This document shows positions 36,560 through 48,118 of a stretch of DNA of 64,000 bases, piece after piece. Position numbers and translations under genes: made by a program. Source of the stretch: Candidatus Cloacimonadales bacterium (GTDB taxonomy: Bacteria > Cloacimonadota > Cloacimonadia > Cloacimonadales > JAFGVF01); the NCBI GenBank assembly GCA_963667035.1, contig OY762964.1, positions 2,944,001 to 3,008,000 on the forward strand, read 5' to 3'. The notes beneath the pieces were generated by a model that had not been told where the DNA came from, did no database searches, and was given only the letters and a program-made list of their open reading frames with translations. How positions within the stretch are numbered: the first letter of the stretch is position 1; the number at the start of each line of letters is the position of its first letter.

Positions 36560-39500
36560 ATGAAAAAAACACTATTGTTTTTGTTCATATCATTGTTGGC
36601 AATCAGTTCTATTCTTGCTGTAGGTGGAGACACACCGGCAACTGCCGAGAATATTTCTGTCTTGCCTTACAATGATTCAGGAAACACATCATCAGGTTAT
36701 ACCAACTACATTGGAAATACATCTGCTGATGCTTGGTATCTTATTAACTCTGTAATAGAGTTAACAAATGTAACCTTTGACCTGACAGGATCATCATTTG
36801 ATACATTTATGAGAGTATATGACAGTACTGAAACTCAGTTATGGTCTGATGACGACGGAGGTTCGGGAAACACATCAAAAATATCAGGTAAAACTTTATC
36901 AGCTAATACAGATTATTATATTTGTGTAGAAGGCTACAGCGGTAATACAGGGGCATATATTCTCAATGTTTCAGCTAATGAAACCGGTAATATTAATGAT
37001 GCCTCGGCTCCAACGTCAATAAGTAATGTCAGCCCTATAGCCGGCACTACTGAAATAGCCTTACAACCTACATTAACTTGGGATTTCGGTGATAATACTG
37101 AAACTTATGATCTGTATCTCGACACTGATAATCCACCTCAGACTTTAGTAGTCAACAATGCTGAAGCCGGAGTTTCAGGTTCATTCACGCCAGAGATAGA
37201 CCTGGTTGAATACACAACTTATTATTGGATGGTTGTATCTAAAAGTTCTACCAGTTCAGAATTACAAAACATTGTTAACAGTTTCACTACTGTTGATTTA
37301 GTCGCAGGAGAGGTAACTAATCCAAATCCAGGAGATAATGGCTTGAATATAGATATAAATCCAACCATAACTTGGGATTTTGCAGCAAATACAGAGACTT
37401 ATGATCTATATTTTGATACAGTAAATCCTCCTGTTAATCAGGTTGTTACTGATGGTATAGCCACAACTGGCTCTTATACTCCATCAGAATTAGCGTTGGA
37501 TACTGAGTATTATTGGACTGTTATTTCTAAAAACTCAGTTTCATTTAGAACAACTGAAAACACTTTTAGTTTCCGAACTAAATTAGCAGATAATATTGTT
37601 CCGATTGGATATGGAACAGTTGTTGACAGAGGACTCCCGGTTGATCCTTATTTTGGGTATACATATTCACAAAGTATCTATTTACAAAGTGAAATAGATT
37701 TCGCAAACCAGAGAATACAAAAGATATGGTATCATTATAATGGTTCTAGTGATCTTGAACACACCAGTGAGTGGGTAATCTATATGGGTCACACAAGCTT
37801 GACTGAGTTTGCTACCAATACTGATTGGATATCAATTGATAACTTATTGCAAGTTGCTTCTGTAACTTTAGATCCATATCCTACTGAAGAGGGCTGGATT
37901 GAGTTTGTATTAGATACACCGTTTGTTTATAACAATGTTGATAACTTAGTTATTGCAGTTGAAGATAATCAATCCGGTTATGAAACAAGTAGTGATGAGT
38001 TTTATTGTTCTTCAGTTACAGGAAGTCGCTCAATAATGTATAGGAATGATAACACAAATCCTGATCCTGTAGCTCCTCCGGTAGCTGCCGGGATATATAA
38101 TTATATTCCTAATATAAGAATGGAGTTCGGAGATATACCTGAAGCACCCCAGTTTAGCATAAATCCGGAATCTAAAGATTTCGGTACAGTATTATTTGAT
38201 GTAACAGATTCACAACTCTTTACTATAAATAATACCGGCGGAACTGATTTGATTATAGATACTCCTATAGCAATGGAGACAGAAAGTGACTTTACTATGG
38301 TCGATAGTAATACTTATCCGTTATCAATTGCTCCTGGAGCTGCAGCAACATTCACTGTAGAATTTACTCCTACTGTTGCAGGTCCGGCTACAGACAATAT
38401 TGTTATAATTGATAATACCACAAGAGCTAGTCGTTTAATACCTGTATCAGGAGAAGGTGTAGACCCGATCGTTAGAAACTTCCCTCATACACAGTCTTTT
38501 GACGAGCCTACATTACCGGCCGGCTGGGTAATTGATCCGGTAGTTGCAGGAGATAGTTGGGAAATTGGTAACGATGAACTAGGTGGACACGGAGCTACTG
38601 CAGAAGCAACCGGAAACGGTGGATACATGATGGTCATTGATGATTCAACACCTGAAACAGTACCTTCTCATCTTTACTCACCACAATTTGATTTAACAGG
38701 TTTAACAAATCCTATTCTTGAGTTCAAATATTGGATTGGTGATAATTCTAACACTTCTGAGCTTCATATTGATATAATAACATCAGAAGAGACTTTCACA
38801 TCTGTTACCGTGTTAAGCGATAGTAATGGTGCTTCTGATTGGGCAACTTGTATTGTAAATCTTCAAGCCTATACAGGACAACTAGTGAGTATAGACTTCA
38901 GAGGAATGGAAGGTTCCGGTTATGAAGGAGATATATCTATTGATGATATTTATATCTTCAATAACACAAATCCTCCTGCAGTTACTACTCTTGTTTCTCC
39001 TCTGAATGAAGCTACTGATTTAGCTTTATCCGGCAACTTGGAATGGAATCCGGTAAACTATGCAAATGGTTATTTAGTTAACTTTGGAACAGATAACCCA
39101 CCAACGAATGTTTTGGATTCATTTGACAATGCGAGTAGTGTTGCCTATGAGTATAGCGGATTATCTACAGGAACCGTCTATTACTGGCAAATTATTCCGT
39201 ATAATGGCAATGGTAATGCTAATGATTGTCCTGTCTGGAGCTTTACAACAACCTCTTCTGCACCAGACCCTGCTACCAATCCATCCCCAAGTGACGGAGC
39301 TACAAATCGTACCCAATCAGGAACTTTCAGCTGGAATGCAAGTTTACTTGCCGAAGGATATTATTTCTGTCTAGGTACAGATAATCCACCAACAAATATG
39401 GAAAACATGCATGATAACGGAACTAACCTAGACTACACTTATGTAGATTTTAGTTATGGTACAACTTATTATTGGCAAGTTATCCCTTATAATGCTGCAG

Positions 39501-41164
39501 GCAACGCTGTTGATTGTCCTGTATGGTCTATGACCATAATGGAAGACCCAAGAATCTATCCTTCATATTTACAGACATTTAACCAGAGTAGTTCATTACC
39601 AAACAAATGGACCTCAAATATGGGTGTAAGAGCTTCTTGGGGATTAACTAATTCTAATGTTCTTTATAAGAATCTATATAGTTCTGTTTCAAGTTGTTAT
39701 GCCGAGCTAAATAATGTTACTAGCATAGATCCGAATGACTATGTTTCATTCTATTATAGACTAGTAGATTATAGTGGTGCACCTAATAATCCTACTACTT
39801 TAGGAGAAGGTGACTCTGTAGTTCTTAGTGCTTCAATCAATGATGGAGAAGAGTATACTCCTCTCTATACAATCAATCAAAACAATCATACTCCAACTAC
39901 AGCTTGGAGAAAGATTACATTGCCAATAGATACATTTGTTGGGAATGATGTTAAATTCAGATTTGATTGTACTTGGAATAACGGAGATTACTATATCATG
40001 ATTGATAATTTCTTTGTTGGACCAATTGAAGCAAATATTATAATTTCAGAAGTCAATGCAGGTACTGTTCAATATGTTGAACTTTATAATGCAGGAACTA
40101 TTTCTGCTAGTATTGAAGGTTGGCATTTAGATCAGTTTAATCCTGCTATTTCTACAATATTCAGTTATGAGCTTGAAACTAACCTCCCTGAGAATATGAT
40201 GCTTTATTCAGGTAAATATGTTACTATCATAGGTGGAACATATGAGCAATTCATTGCAGAATATCCGGGATTCAACGGTTACTACATTGCTGATGGTGAT
40301 GCTTCTGTAGGAGTTCCACAGATTTCAAACAATAGTTGGTTCAGACTTGATGATGGTACTGCTAAAACAACTATAGACCAATTCGGTTCTGAAACAGCCG
40401 GAGCATCTGTTGGTACTATCTATGAAAGAAATGATGCAGAATCTTCAGGAGACGATATTGCTAATGACTGGACTCCGGTTATAGCTCCAACTCCAGGCAT
40501 TCCAAACGAGAACGACCTTACTAATGATAATGCCCTTCCTATTCAATTGACCAGCTTTGTTGCTGAGAATATGACAACATCTGATGAAGGTTCTTTCGTT
40601 CAATTAGAATGGGTTGTTGAATCTGAAAGTAATATATCCGGTTACAACATATATCGTAATAATATATCTTCAGAAGATTCATACTACCAGATTAATTCAG
40701 GAATTATAGTTGCAAACAATCTGTTCTCTCAGAATCAGTATATCTATAAGGATACAGAAGTTGAAGTTTCAAACACATTCTACTATTGGCTTGAAAGCGT
40801 TTCAATAGACGGTATAAGTCAATTCTTTGGTCCCGTTGAGATTACTATAGAAGAGAATGATACTCCGGATACACCTGAAGTCCCATTTGTAACTTCAATG
40901 AATTCTGTTTACCCTAACCCATTTAATCCAACAACCCAAGTTTCATTTAGTTTGAAGAGTGAAGAAAACGTAACAATTAGTGTTTATAACATTAAGGGTG
41001 AATTAATTTCTGTTCTCTATAACGGAATGAAACCTCAGGGTAAAAATGTTGTTTCTTGGGATGGTATTAATAGACATGGTAAAGCTTGCGGAAGTGGTAT
41101 TTATTTCTTTAGAATGAAAACTAAAGGATATACTGCAGTTAAGAAAGCTACTTTACTGAAATAG
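36560..41164 (+). CDS. Large secreted multidomain protein (PPC-like, Ig/FN3-like repeats, choice-of-anchor D-like, MAM-like, lamin-tail-like) with T9SS-A/FlgD-like C-terminal domain
   Basis: Start MKKTLL after AGGAG; repeated YFDTVNPP/GTDNPP modules; LPIQLTSF; VYPNPFNPTTQVSFSL...WDG...SGIYFFRM...KKATLLK. Confidence 0.85.
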   Translation: MKKTLLFLFISLLAISSILAVGGDTPATAENISVLPYNDSGNTSSGYTNYIGNTSADAWYLINSVIELTNVTFDLTGSSFDTFMRVYDSTETQLWSDDDGGSGNTSKISGKTLSANTDYYICVEGYSGNTGAYILNVSANETGNINDASAPTSISNVSPIAGTTEIALQPTLTWDFGDNTETYDLYLDTDNPPQTLVVNNAEAGVSGSFTPEIDLVEYTTYYWMVVSKSSTSSELQNIVNSFTTVDLVAGEVTNPNPGDNGLNIDINPTITWDFAANTETYDLYFDTVNPPVNQVVTDGIATTGSYTPSELALDTEYYWTVISKNSVSFRTTENTFSFRTKLADNIVPIGYGTVVDRGLPVDPYFGYTYSQSIYLQSEIDFANQRIQKIWYHYNGSSDLEHTSEWVIYMGHTSLTEFATNTDWISIDNLLQVASVTLDPYPTEEGWIEFVLDTPFVYNNVDNLVIAVEDNQSGYETSSDEFYCSSVTGSRSIMYRNDNTNPDPVAPPVAAGIYNYIPNIRMEFGDIPEAPQFSINPESKDFGTVLFDVTDSQLFTINNTGGTDLIIDTPIAMETESDFTMVDSNTYPLSIAPGAAATFTVEFTPTVAGPATDNIVIIDNTTRASRLIPVSGEGVDPIVRNFPHTQSFDEPTLPAGWVIDPVVAGDSWEIGNDELGGHGATAEATGNGGYMMVIDDSTPETVPSHLYSPQFDLTGLTNPILEFKYWIGDNSNTSELHIDIITSEETFTSVTVLSDSNGASDWATCIVNLQAYTGQLVSIDFRGMEGSGYEGDISIDDIYIFNNTNPPAVTTLVSPLNEATDLALSGNLEWNPVNYANGYLVNFGTDNPPTNVLDSFDNASSVAYEYSGLSTGTVYYWQIIPYNGNGNANDCPVWSFTTTSSAPDPATNPSPSDGATNRTQSGTFSWNASLLAEGYYFCLGTDNPPTNMENMHDNGTNLDYTYVDFSYGTTYYWQVIPYNAAGNAVDCPVWSMTIMEDPRIYPSYLQTFNQSSSLPNKWTSNMGVRASWGLTNSNVLYKNLYSSVSSCYAELNNVTSIDPNDYVSFYYRLVDYSGAPNNPTTLGEGDSVVLSASINDGEEYTPLYTINQNNHTPTTAWRKITLPIDTFVGNDVKFRFDCTWNNGDYYIMIDNFFVGPIEANIIISEVNAGTVQYVELYNAGTISASIEGWHLDQFNPAISTIFSYELETNLPENMMLYSGKYVTIIGGTYEQFIAEYPGFNGYYIADGDASVGVPQISNNSWFRLDDGTAKTTIDQFGSETAGASVGTIYERNDAESSGDDIANDWTPVIAPTPGIPNENDLTNDNALPIQLTSFVAENMTTSDEGSFVQLEWVVESESNISGYNIYRNNISSEDSYYQINSGIIVANNLFSQNQYIYKDTEVEVSNTFYYWLESVSIDGISQFFGPVEITIEENDTPDTPEVPFVTSMNSVYPNPFNPTTQVSFSLKSEENVTISVYNIKGELISVLYNGMKPQGKNVVSWDGINRHGKACGSGIYFFRMKTKGYTAVKKATLLK

Positions 41165-41188
41165 AATTTGGACTCAGTCCATTTAATC

Positions 41189-41216
41189 AAAGACCCGACT
41201 AAACTCGGGTCTTTTC
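41189..41216 (+). terminator. Intrinsic terminator
   Basis: aaagacccga-ctaaac-tcgggtctttt. Confidence 0.7.
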
Positions 41217-41294
41217 TTTTACCAATAAAAAAAGAGGAGAATCATTTCTGAACCCTCCTCTTATAGGAACCTGAAGTGTTGTTATTAGTAAGAT

Positions 41295-41954
41295 TTATTT
41301 CTTATCTTCTTCGATACCGGCACCATGCTTAATAAGCATACCGGATGAAGCATAGATAGTGTCTTCTGCAATATTTGTAGTTAAATCGGCAATTCTCTCG
41401 AAAGCTCTTGATATTCTAACAACATGAAACAGTTCACTTAAGTTGTATGAGGAATAATCAAGCTTTAACAAGTCATTAATGATTTTACGATTCAGATAAT
41501 CCACAACTTCGTCATCTTCACATACTTGATTAGCGAGTTTAGGATTCATTTCAGAGATAGCAGATATTGCATTATCAAGCATCTTCTTTGTCTCTCGACC
41601 TATTTTTTCTAAGTCGTTAATCTGAGCAAAAATTGGTTTATGCATTATCTTGTTAGTACTACTTGATATATTCTCGGCAAGATCTGCGAGTCTCTCAAGA
41701 TTAACGTTAGCTTTCATTATTGCCACTATTGTTCTAAGCTGAATAGCCTCAGGCTGATTCAAAGCAATAGTGTAAATGCATTCTTCTTCCAGTTTGTTTT
41801 CAAGCTCATTTACTTTCTCTTCATAAGAGCGTATTTCTTGCGAGTTATCTATCTTATCATTAATTGTAACAAGACATAACTCAATCATTTTTGATACATA
41901 ACTGGCTTGCTCCATGAGCATCTTCATCAGGTTTTCAAGTCTACCTTTTATCAT
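41295..41954 (-). CDS. phoU: Phosphate signalling complex protein PhoU
   Basis: QPEAIQLR, LERLADLA, DDEVVD, FERIADLTTNIAE; start reassigned to MIKGRL after GGAGG. Confidence 0.93.
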   Translation of the reverse strand: MIKGRLENLMKMLMEQASYVSKMIELCLVTINDKIDNSQEIRSYEEKVNELENKLEEECIYTIALNQPEAIQLRTIVAIMKANVNLERLADLAENISSSTNKIMHKPIFAQINDLEKIGRETKKMLDNAISAISEMNPKLANQVCEDDEVVDYLNRKIINDLLKLDYSSYNLSELFHVVRISRAFERIADLTTNIAEDTIYASSGMLIKHGAGIEEDKK

Positions 41955-41964
41955 TATCCCTCCT

Positions 41965-42723
41965 CTAACCGAACACGCCGGTAAGATAAGCTTCTGTTTG
42001 AGAATTCTCAGGTTTAGTAAACACTTTCTTAGTCTCTCCGAATTCAATAAGGTCACCAAGATACATGAAAGCGGTATAATCGGATATACGTCCTGCTTGT
42101 GCAATGTTATGTGTCACTATCAGGATAGTAACCTTATCCTTTAGAGCTAAACACAACTCTTCAATCTTAGCTGTTGACTGAGGATCAAGAGCCGAAGTCG
42201 GCTCATCCAACAATAAAACCTCAGGGTCATTGGCAAGAGCTCTTGCTATGCATAAACGTTGTTGCTGACCACCTGATAGATTCATAGCTGAATCATGAAT
42301 TCGATCCTTTACTTCATCCCATATCCATGCACCTTTAAGACTCTCTTCAACTTTAGCATCTATCTGCTGCTTACTCATACCACCACGTATATTAAGTCCG
42401 TAAGCAATGTTTTTATATATTGATTTAGGAAATGGATTAGGTCTTTGGAAAACCATACCCACTCTTTCTCTTATCTTAGTTACATCATGCTTGGAATCAT
42501 ATATATTCATCTCATCAAGCATAATATCGCCCTTTATTTTACAACTTGCTACCATATCGTGCATTCTGTTAAAACTTCTCAGTAAAGTAGATTTACCACA
42601 TCCTGAAGGTCCTATTAGAGCTGTAATTTTATTCTTATAAACCGGCATGTTTATGCCTTTAAGTACGTGTTTATCTCCAAACCAAAGATTTAGGTCTTTT
42701 GTCTTTACTTGTGCTTTTACCAT
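41965..42723 (-). CDS. pstB: Phosphate ABC transporter ATP-binding protein
   Basis: [47 protein letters not shown]. Confidence 0.97.
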   Translation of the reverse strand: MVKAQVKTKDLNLWFGDKHVLKGINMPVYKNKITALIGPSGCGKSTLLRSFNRMHDMVASCKIKGDIMLDEMNIYDSKHDVTKIRERVGMVFQRPNPFPKSIYKNIAYGLNIRGGMSKQQIDAKVEESLKGAWIWDEVKDRIHDSAMNLSGGQQQRLCIARALANDPEVLLLDEPTSALDPQSTAKIEELCLALKDKVTILIVTHNIAQAGRISDYTAFMYLGDLIEFGETKKVFTKPENSQTEAYLTGVFG

Positions 42724-43571
42724 CTTCTATTTTTCCTTATTCGATATCTGATTATGATTGCTGTAAAACTGATTAATAACACTAAAAGAAGGAGTACAAC
42801 TGCTGTTCCATAAGCAATCGGAACTTGTTTATCTGCATGAGATCCTTCTGTCATGAGAGCATATATATGATATGGAAGAGCCATAACTTCATCAAAGACT
42901 GAGCTGGGAAGTCTACGTGTATAGAATGTTGCAGCGGTGAATAATATCGGTGCAGTTTCACCTGCTACACGACCAATACTGATGATAGTACCGGTTAAAA
43001 TATTGGGAAGGGCGGCAGGTAAAATAACTCTGGTAATCGTCTGTCTTTGTGTTGCTCCCAGAGCTAATGAAGCTTCCCAGAAATCTATTGGTAATTGACG
43101 GATAGCTTCTTCACTTGTATTGATTATAACAGGAAGAGCTAAAATACCGAGAGTTAAAGCTCCCGATAATATACAAACATCCAGTTGGAATAGGTTAACA
43201 AATAATGTCATACCAAAGAGACCATAAATAATTGAAGGAACTCCGGCAAGAGTGTTAACAGCAACTCTAACGACTCTTACAAGTTTACTTTTTGCCGCAT
43301 AACTTGTCATAAAGATAGCTGTTAATATACCTAGAGGTAAAGCAAAGGCTATTGATAATACTGTTAGCCAAAAAGTACCTAAAATAGCTGGATAAATACC
43401 ACCCTCTGTCATGTATTTTCTTGGAGACTGAGTCAGGAATTCCCAAGAAAGCATGTGACCTCCCTTAGAAAAGATCATATACATAAACATGATTAGGAAA
43501 AGACCTGTAACAACTATACTCAAAAAGAGACTGAAGTTTCCAAAGAAAGCATTTATTTTACGCTTATTCAT
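42717..43571 (-). CDS. pstA: Phosphate ABC transporter permease PstA
   Basis: [32 protein letters not shown]. Confidence 0.95.
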   Translation of the reverse strand: MNKRKINAFFGNFSLFLSIVVTGLFLIMFMYMIFSKGGHMLSWEFLTQSPRKYMTEGGIYPAILGTFWLTVLSIAFALPLGILTAIFMTSYAAKSKLVRVVRVAVNTLAGVPSIIYGLFGMTLFVNLFQLDVCILSGALTLGILALPVIINTSEEAIRQLPIDFWEASLALGATQRQTITRVILPAALPNILTGTIISIGRVAGETAPILFTAATFYTRRLPSSVFDEVMALPYHIYALMTEGSHADKQVPIAYGTAVVLLLLVLLISFTAIIIRYRIRKNRRW

Positions 43572-44443
43572 TATCTATCTCCTCTCTTTTTGAGAATGAA
43601 AACTTCGGTTAGTAAGTTAGTTGCAAAAGTTATAACAAAAAGAACAATACCAATTGCATAAAGAGAATAGTAATGATTACTACCTAATACACACTCTCCC
43701 ATTTCTCCGGCTATTGTAGCGGTCATTGTTCTTGTAGGACTAAATATGCTTTGGGGAATCATTGGAGCCCCACCCGCAACCATTAGAACAACCATAGTTT
43801 CTCCAATAGCTCTACCGAAACCAAGTATTATTGAGCCTATAATACCTGATTTAGCTGCAGGAACAATCACTTTAACTATTGTTTCCCACTTGTTTGCTCC
43901 CAGAGCAAAGGACGCTTCTCTTAATGAAATAGAGACATTGGTGATTGCGTCTTCAGACATACTGGAGATAATCGGTACACACATAATACCTAAAATTATT
44001 GAAGCGGAGAATATATTAAGTCCCGTATCTATGTGAAAAAGTTTAGTTATAAAAGGAGCAAGAAATGCCATTCCAAATAAACCGTAAATAACTGATGGTA
44101 TACCTGCAAGAAGTTCAATCACAGGTTTTAGGACTTCTTTCAATTTGGGAGGGGCTATTTCTGCAATAAATATTGCACTGCCTAAACCTAACGGGATAGC
44201 AATGATAAGAGCACCGATTGTTGTAACAAACGAACCTACAATCAGAGTCAGTATTCCATAATCTGCCGGTTCGGATGTTGGATGCCAAGCAAGTCCTCCT
44301 AAGAATGTGAAGAAGTTGTATGTTTTAAAAAGCGGAACTCCTTCAAAGAAGATACTCAGGATTATGGCAAATAAGAAAACAATAGAAAAAAGGGCAGCCA
44401 CATAAGTTACACCTTTAAAAAACTTCTCTCGAAAATCATTCAT
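43571..44443 (-). CDS. pstC: Phosphate ABC transporter permease PstC
   Basis: ELLAGIPSVIYG, GRAIGETMVVLMVAG; start reassigned to MNDFREK. Confidence 0.95.
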   Translation of the reverse strand: MNDFREKFFKGVTYVAALFSIVFLFAIILSIFFEGVPLFKTYNFFTFLGGLAWHPTSEPADYGILTLIVGSFVTTIGALIIAIPLGLGSAIFIAEIAPPKLKEVLKPVIELLAGIPSVIYGLFGMAFLAPFITKLFHIDTGLNIFSASIILGIMCVPIISSMSEDAITNVSISLREASFALGANKWETIVKVIVPAAKSGIIGSIILGFGRAIGETMVVLMVAGGAPMIPQSIFSPTRTMTATIAGEMGECVLGSNHYYSLYAIGIVLFVITFATNLLTEVFILKKRGDR

Positions 44444-44474
44444 TTCAGGTTCCTGTATTCTTAAGAAAATCAAG

Positions 44475-44500
44475 GGCATATTCAACGGGTGAATATGCCC
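44475..44500 (-). terminator. Stem-loop between pstS and pstC (partial terminator or mRNA stabiliser)
   Basis: gggcatattca-acggg-tgaatatgccc inverted repeat. Confidence 0.6.
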
Positions 44501-44526
44501 CCTATTTTATTGTTTACCATTCCAGA

Positions 44527-45354
44527 TTAAAGAGCTATGAAACCTTGCTCTTCAACGATTCTTTGACCTTCAGCAGAAAGGATGTAATCGATAAATTTCT
44601 TTGTCCAACCTTTAGGGTTTCCGTTTGTGTACATATAAAGTTTTCTTGCGATTGGGTATGTTCCACCTTTAATTGTACCTTCAGTAGGCATAACACCATT
44701 AACTTTTACAGCACTGATTCTGTCTGTAAGGTAACCAAGACCTGCATAACCGATAGCACCAGGTGTGTCTGCTACTGTTGTCGCTACAGCATTATTAGAG
44801 GCAAGCATAAGAGCTCCGCTAATCTGCTTCTGACCTGCAAGAACTATTGTGTTGAAAACTTCAAATGTACCTGAAGCAACGTCACGACTGATAATTACGA
44901 TAGGTTTGTTTTCTCCACCAACTTCTGACCAGTTGATGATCTTACCTGTGTAAATATCACGAATCTGTTCAATTGTAAGAGCTTTTACAGGATTGTCTTT
45001 ATGAAGAACTATTGCAATACCATCATTGGCAACTGCGTGTTCTACAGGATTAACACCGTTTTCACGAGCTTGAACGATTTCCTTATTCTTAATATTTCTT
45101 GAAGCATCTCCGATATCAGCTGTTCCTGAAATAATCGAAGCGATACCAACACTAGAACCACCACCACGAACTGTTAAATTTACTTCAGGATACTTATCCA
45201 TGAATGTTTCAGCTCCGGCTTGTGCAATAGGGAGTACAGTTGTTGAACCGGCTATTCTTACTGAATTACCTTTTTTTCTGCGAGCAAAAGCAGGTGATAC
45301 TACAAGGGTAAGGATTACACATACCAAGAGAACTTTTACTAAGTTTTTATTCAT
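44527..45354 (-). CDS. pstS: Phosphate ABC transporter substrate-binding protein
   Basis: AGSTTVLP, GGGSSVGI, SRDVASGT, YPIARKLYMY. Confidence 0.95.
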   Translation of the reverse strand: MNKNLVKVLLVCVILTLVVSPAFARRKKGNSVRIAGSTTVLPIAQAGAETFMDKYPEVNLTVRGGGSSVGIASIISGTADIGDASRNIKNKEIVQARENGVNPVEHAVANDGIAIVLHKDNPVKALTIEQIRDIYTGKIINWSEVGGENKPIVIISRDVASGTFEVFNTIVLAGQKQISGALMLASNNAVATTVADTPGAIGYAGLGYLTDRISAVKVNGVMPTEGTIKGGTYPIARKLYMYTNGNPKGWTKKFIDYILSAEGQRIVEEQGFIAL

Positions 45355-45371
45355 TTTTCCTCCGAAGGGAT

Positions 45372-46418
45372 TTACTTAAGTTTATGTGAGAAGATGTAAC
45401 GAAGCTGAACCATCATTGTGTTCACGTCATCTTTAGTATCATCTTCAAATGACTTGATATTGTAGTTAGCTTGAACCATAACTACAGGAGCAGCTTTAGA
45501 ATCTCTTAAAAGATTCCAGTTGAAACCGAACATCATTGTGCTCTCACCATCATCATCTTGATCAGTGTTTGGATCATATTCGTCATAACGTCCAACAAGA
45601 TCCAAATCTAGAGGAAGATATGAAGCAAGTTTAACTACAGGCATAATTGAAAGCACGGTCACATCTTTATCATCTTTCCCGTCTTCTTCATAAGAAGTTG
45701 TCTCCATAAGATACTGAGCATCTACTGATATATGACCATAAGCGACTTTACCTACAACAGCTATTTTAGAGTAATCTTCTCTATCATCTGTATCTTTTTC
45801 ATTCTTACTATCCATCATATATGAACCACCAACCATGATTCCCGAGAATGGAGTTAAACGTAAGTCACCAACAAATGCCATTGATGTGTTTGTATCATCA
45901 GATGTACCTTTCTTGTAGCCTTCACCATTATAGAGACCTACGTGATAGGTACCATAACCTGAAGGAAGGTAGCCACCATAAACGATACCATAGTCAGCAG
46001 ATGAACAGAATTTGTACTTATCTGAAGGATCTTTATCGATCATAGTATATTCATAAGAATAGATTGTACCGAAATATGTTTTTGCTAAACCAACAGTAAG
46101 TTTACTGTCTTTAAGCATCCAGGGGTAAGCAAAATCAAGATAAGCGTATTTGATTTTAAGACCGGCACCGTCAGTGAAATCTTCTGTGCTTCCCGAGAAG
46201 AAGTCAACATTGAAACGTCCACTGATATTGCTGTTAAATTTAGGCTCTAAGCGGAAATAACCTCTTGAGAGACCAAAATAGTTCTTTGTAGTTTCCCCAT
46301 CAACAGACTCATTAGTCCAACGATTCCATAATTCCATTTTTAATTTTGTTTCTTCCATTGCGGACAATGTTGTCGCTAATACTGCGATCATTAATAAAAA
46401 GAAGATAGCTTTTTTCAT
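45372..46418 (-). CDS. Outer-membrane porin-like protein, probably phosphate-selective
   Basis: Signal peptide, RGYFRL..KYAYLDF pattern, alternating beta strands; first gene of the pst operon. Confidence 0.7.
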   Translation of the reverse strand: MKKAIFFLLMIAVLATTLSAMEETKLKMELWNRWTNESVDGETTKNYFGLSRGYFRLEPKFNSNISGRFNVDFFSGSTEDFTDGAGLKIKYAYLDFAYPWMLKDSKLTVGLAKTYFGTIYSYEYTMIDKDPSDKYKFCSSADYGIVYGGYLPSGYGTYHVGLYNGEGYKKGTSDDTNTSMAFVGDLRLTPFSGIMVGGSYMMDSKNEKDTDDREDYSKIAVVGKVAYGHISVDAQYLMETTSYEEDGKDDKDVTVLSIMPVVKLASYLPLDLDLVGRYDEYDPNTDQDDDGESTMMFGFNWNLLRDSKAAPVVMVQANYNIKSFEDDTKDDVNTMMVQLRYIFSHKLK

Positions 46419-46480
46419 TTTAGCTCCTTTAGATTTTTAGGTTGATACCTTCTATCTTTTGCCCTTAAATACCGTTGGAT

Positions 46481-46519
46481 TGTTAAACAATTATTAAGCT
46501 AATGTGAATTCCCTGTTAA
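46481..46519 (-). promoter_or_regulatory. Pho-box-like array upstream of the porin-pstSCAB-phoU operon
   Basis: Minus strand reads TTAACA-gggaa-TTCACA-ttagc-TTAATA-attgt-TTAACA, an exact 11-bp period. Confidence 0.7.
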
Positions 46520-46804
46520 TTGCCCTTATTTTATCCTAAAATGGTATATAAATTAATAAATCGTTACAGCATTGTTATATCATAATATCCTTACAGTAGT
46601 ATAACTTGTGCATCCATAGTTTAGAGAAATACCACGATATTGTCTCTTAACTGAACTAATTATCTATTACTTCACATAGAACTACTAAGTTTCTATTATA
46701 ATTCCGAATACTTTTTTGAAACTCAATTTATACTTAACAGTAATATTATTTGCCAAAATGTTATCCGGTTTTCTTAATGGTGTCTGATACTCATGGGAGG
46801 AGAA

Positions 46805-48118
46805 ATGAAAAGATTATATATAATTCCGATTTTTCTTTTACTGATTATAAATTTATTCTCGGAACCTAAAAATGTTATTTTATGTATTGGTGACGGGATG
46901 GGGTTTAATCATGTTAAGATATCCAATTATTATGATTACGGAGAAGACAATAAACAAATCTATCAACAGTTCCCCATTAAACTGGCAATGAGCACCTGGT
47001 CTGCTACTAATGGAAGTTATAGCACCGAAAAGGCTTGGGAAAGCTATGAATATCTCATGTCCGGTTTCACCGATTCATCAGCTTCAATTACAGCGATTAC
47101 TACAGGAATAAAAACGGATAATACTAAGTTAAACTTTGACCCGCAAGGAAAAGCTATAAGACCTATTGGAGATTATGTTGTCGATACCGGTAGAAGTCTT
47201 GGAGTAGTAACAACAGTACCTTTTTCTCATGCAACTCCTGCCGGAGTAATAACTAGTATGGAATATAGGAAAGACTATTACCAAATAGCTCACAATATGG
47301 TTTTGAATTCCAAAGCATCTGTAATCATGAGCGGAGGAAGTCCGGAGTATAGAGAAGATAAAAGTAGTAAATACATTGGACCAGCAAGTTTTTGGAAATG
47401 GTTAAAAACCGGTAACACCACCTTTGAGAATATAAGTGTACAAGACATTGATAATGACCAACAACCTGATGCGTGGACATTTATCACTAATAGAGACGAT
47501 TTTATTAAGTATGGAACAGGAAATACTCCAAAACGACTTATTGGAGTGAACACTTCAGCGAAAAATGGGCAACAAACACGTTTGGGAGACACTAAAGCTA
47601 ATCCTTATGAAGTACCTTTTGATGAAACGATAGCATCATTAAAAGAGATGACAAAAGCTGCTCTCAATGTCCTCGATAACAACGAGACCGGATTCTTTCT
47701 TATGGTAGAAGGTGGGGCAATTGATTATTCGGGTCATTATAACCAACCGGGACGTCTTGTTGAAGAAATGAATGGCTTTAATGAGACAATAGAGGAAGTT
47801 TGCAATTGGGTAGAACAAAATAGTAGTTGGGATGAAACATTGGTCATCGTTACTGCCGACCATGAATGCGGATGTGTTTGGGGACCACCGTCAAAAAATA
47901 AGTCTGAATTTAATGAAATTGTTAATAATGGGAAAGATAAACTACCCGGTTTTGTATTCAACAGCAGTGATCATACAAACTCATTAGTACCTTTTTACGC
48001 TAAAGGGAACGAGGCTGATTTGTTCACTAAAATGATAAAAGGAAATGATAAAGTCAAAGGTGAATATATAGATAACACCGATATCGGTAAAACCTTGAGA
48101 ATATTCTTTAGTAATTAG
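46805..48118 (+). CDS. phoA: Alkaline phosphatase
   Basis: IGDGMG, TDSSAS (catalytic Ser), SHATPA, FFLMVEGGAIDYSGH, VTADHE, HT; signal peptide. Confidence 0.92.
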   Translation: MKRLYIIPIFLLLIINLFSEPKNVILCIGDGMGFNHVKISNYYDYGEDNKQIYQQFPIKLAMSTWSATNGSYSTEKAWESYEYLMSGFTDSSASITAITTGIKTDNTKLNFDPQGKAIRPIGDYVVDTGRSLGVVTTVPFSHATPAGVITSMEYRKDYYQIAHNMVLNSKASVIMSGGSPEYREDKSSKYIGPASFWKWLKTGNTTFENISVQDIDNDQQPDAWTFITNRDDFIKYGTGNTPKRLIGVNTSAKNGQQTRLGDTKANPYEVPFDETIASLKEMTKAALNVLDNNETGFFLMVEGGAIDYSGHYNQPGRLVEEMNGFNETIEEVCNWVEQNSSWDETLVIVTADHECGCVWGPPSKNKSEFNEIVNNGKDKLPGFVFNSSDHTNSLVPFYAKGNEADLFTKMIKGNDKVKGEYIDNTDIGKTLRIFFSN

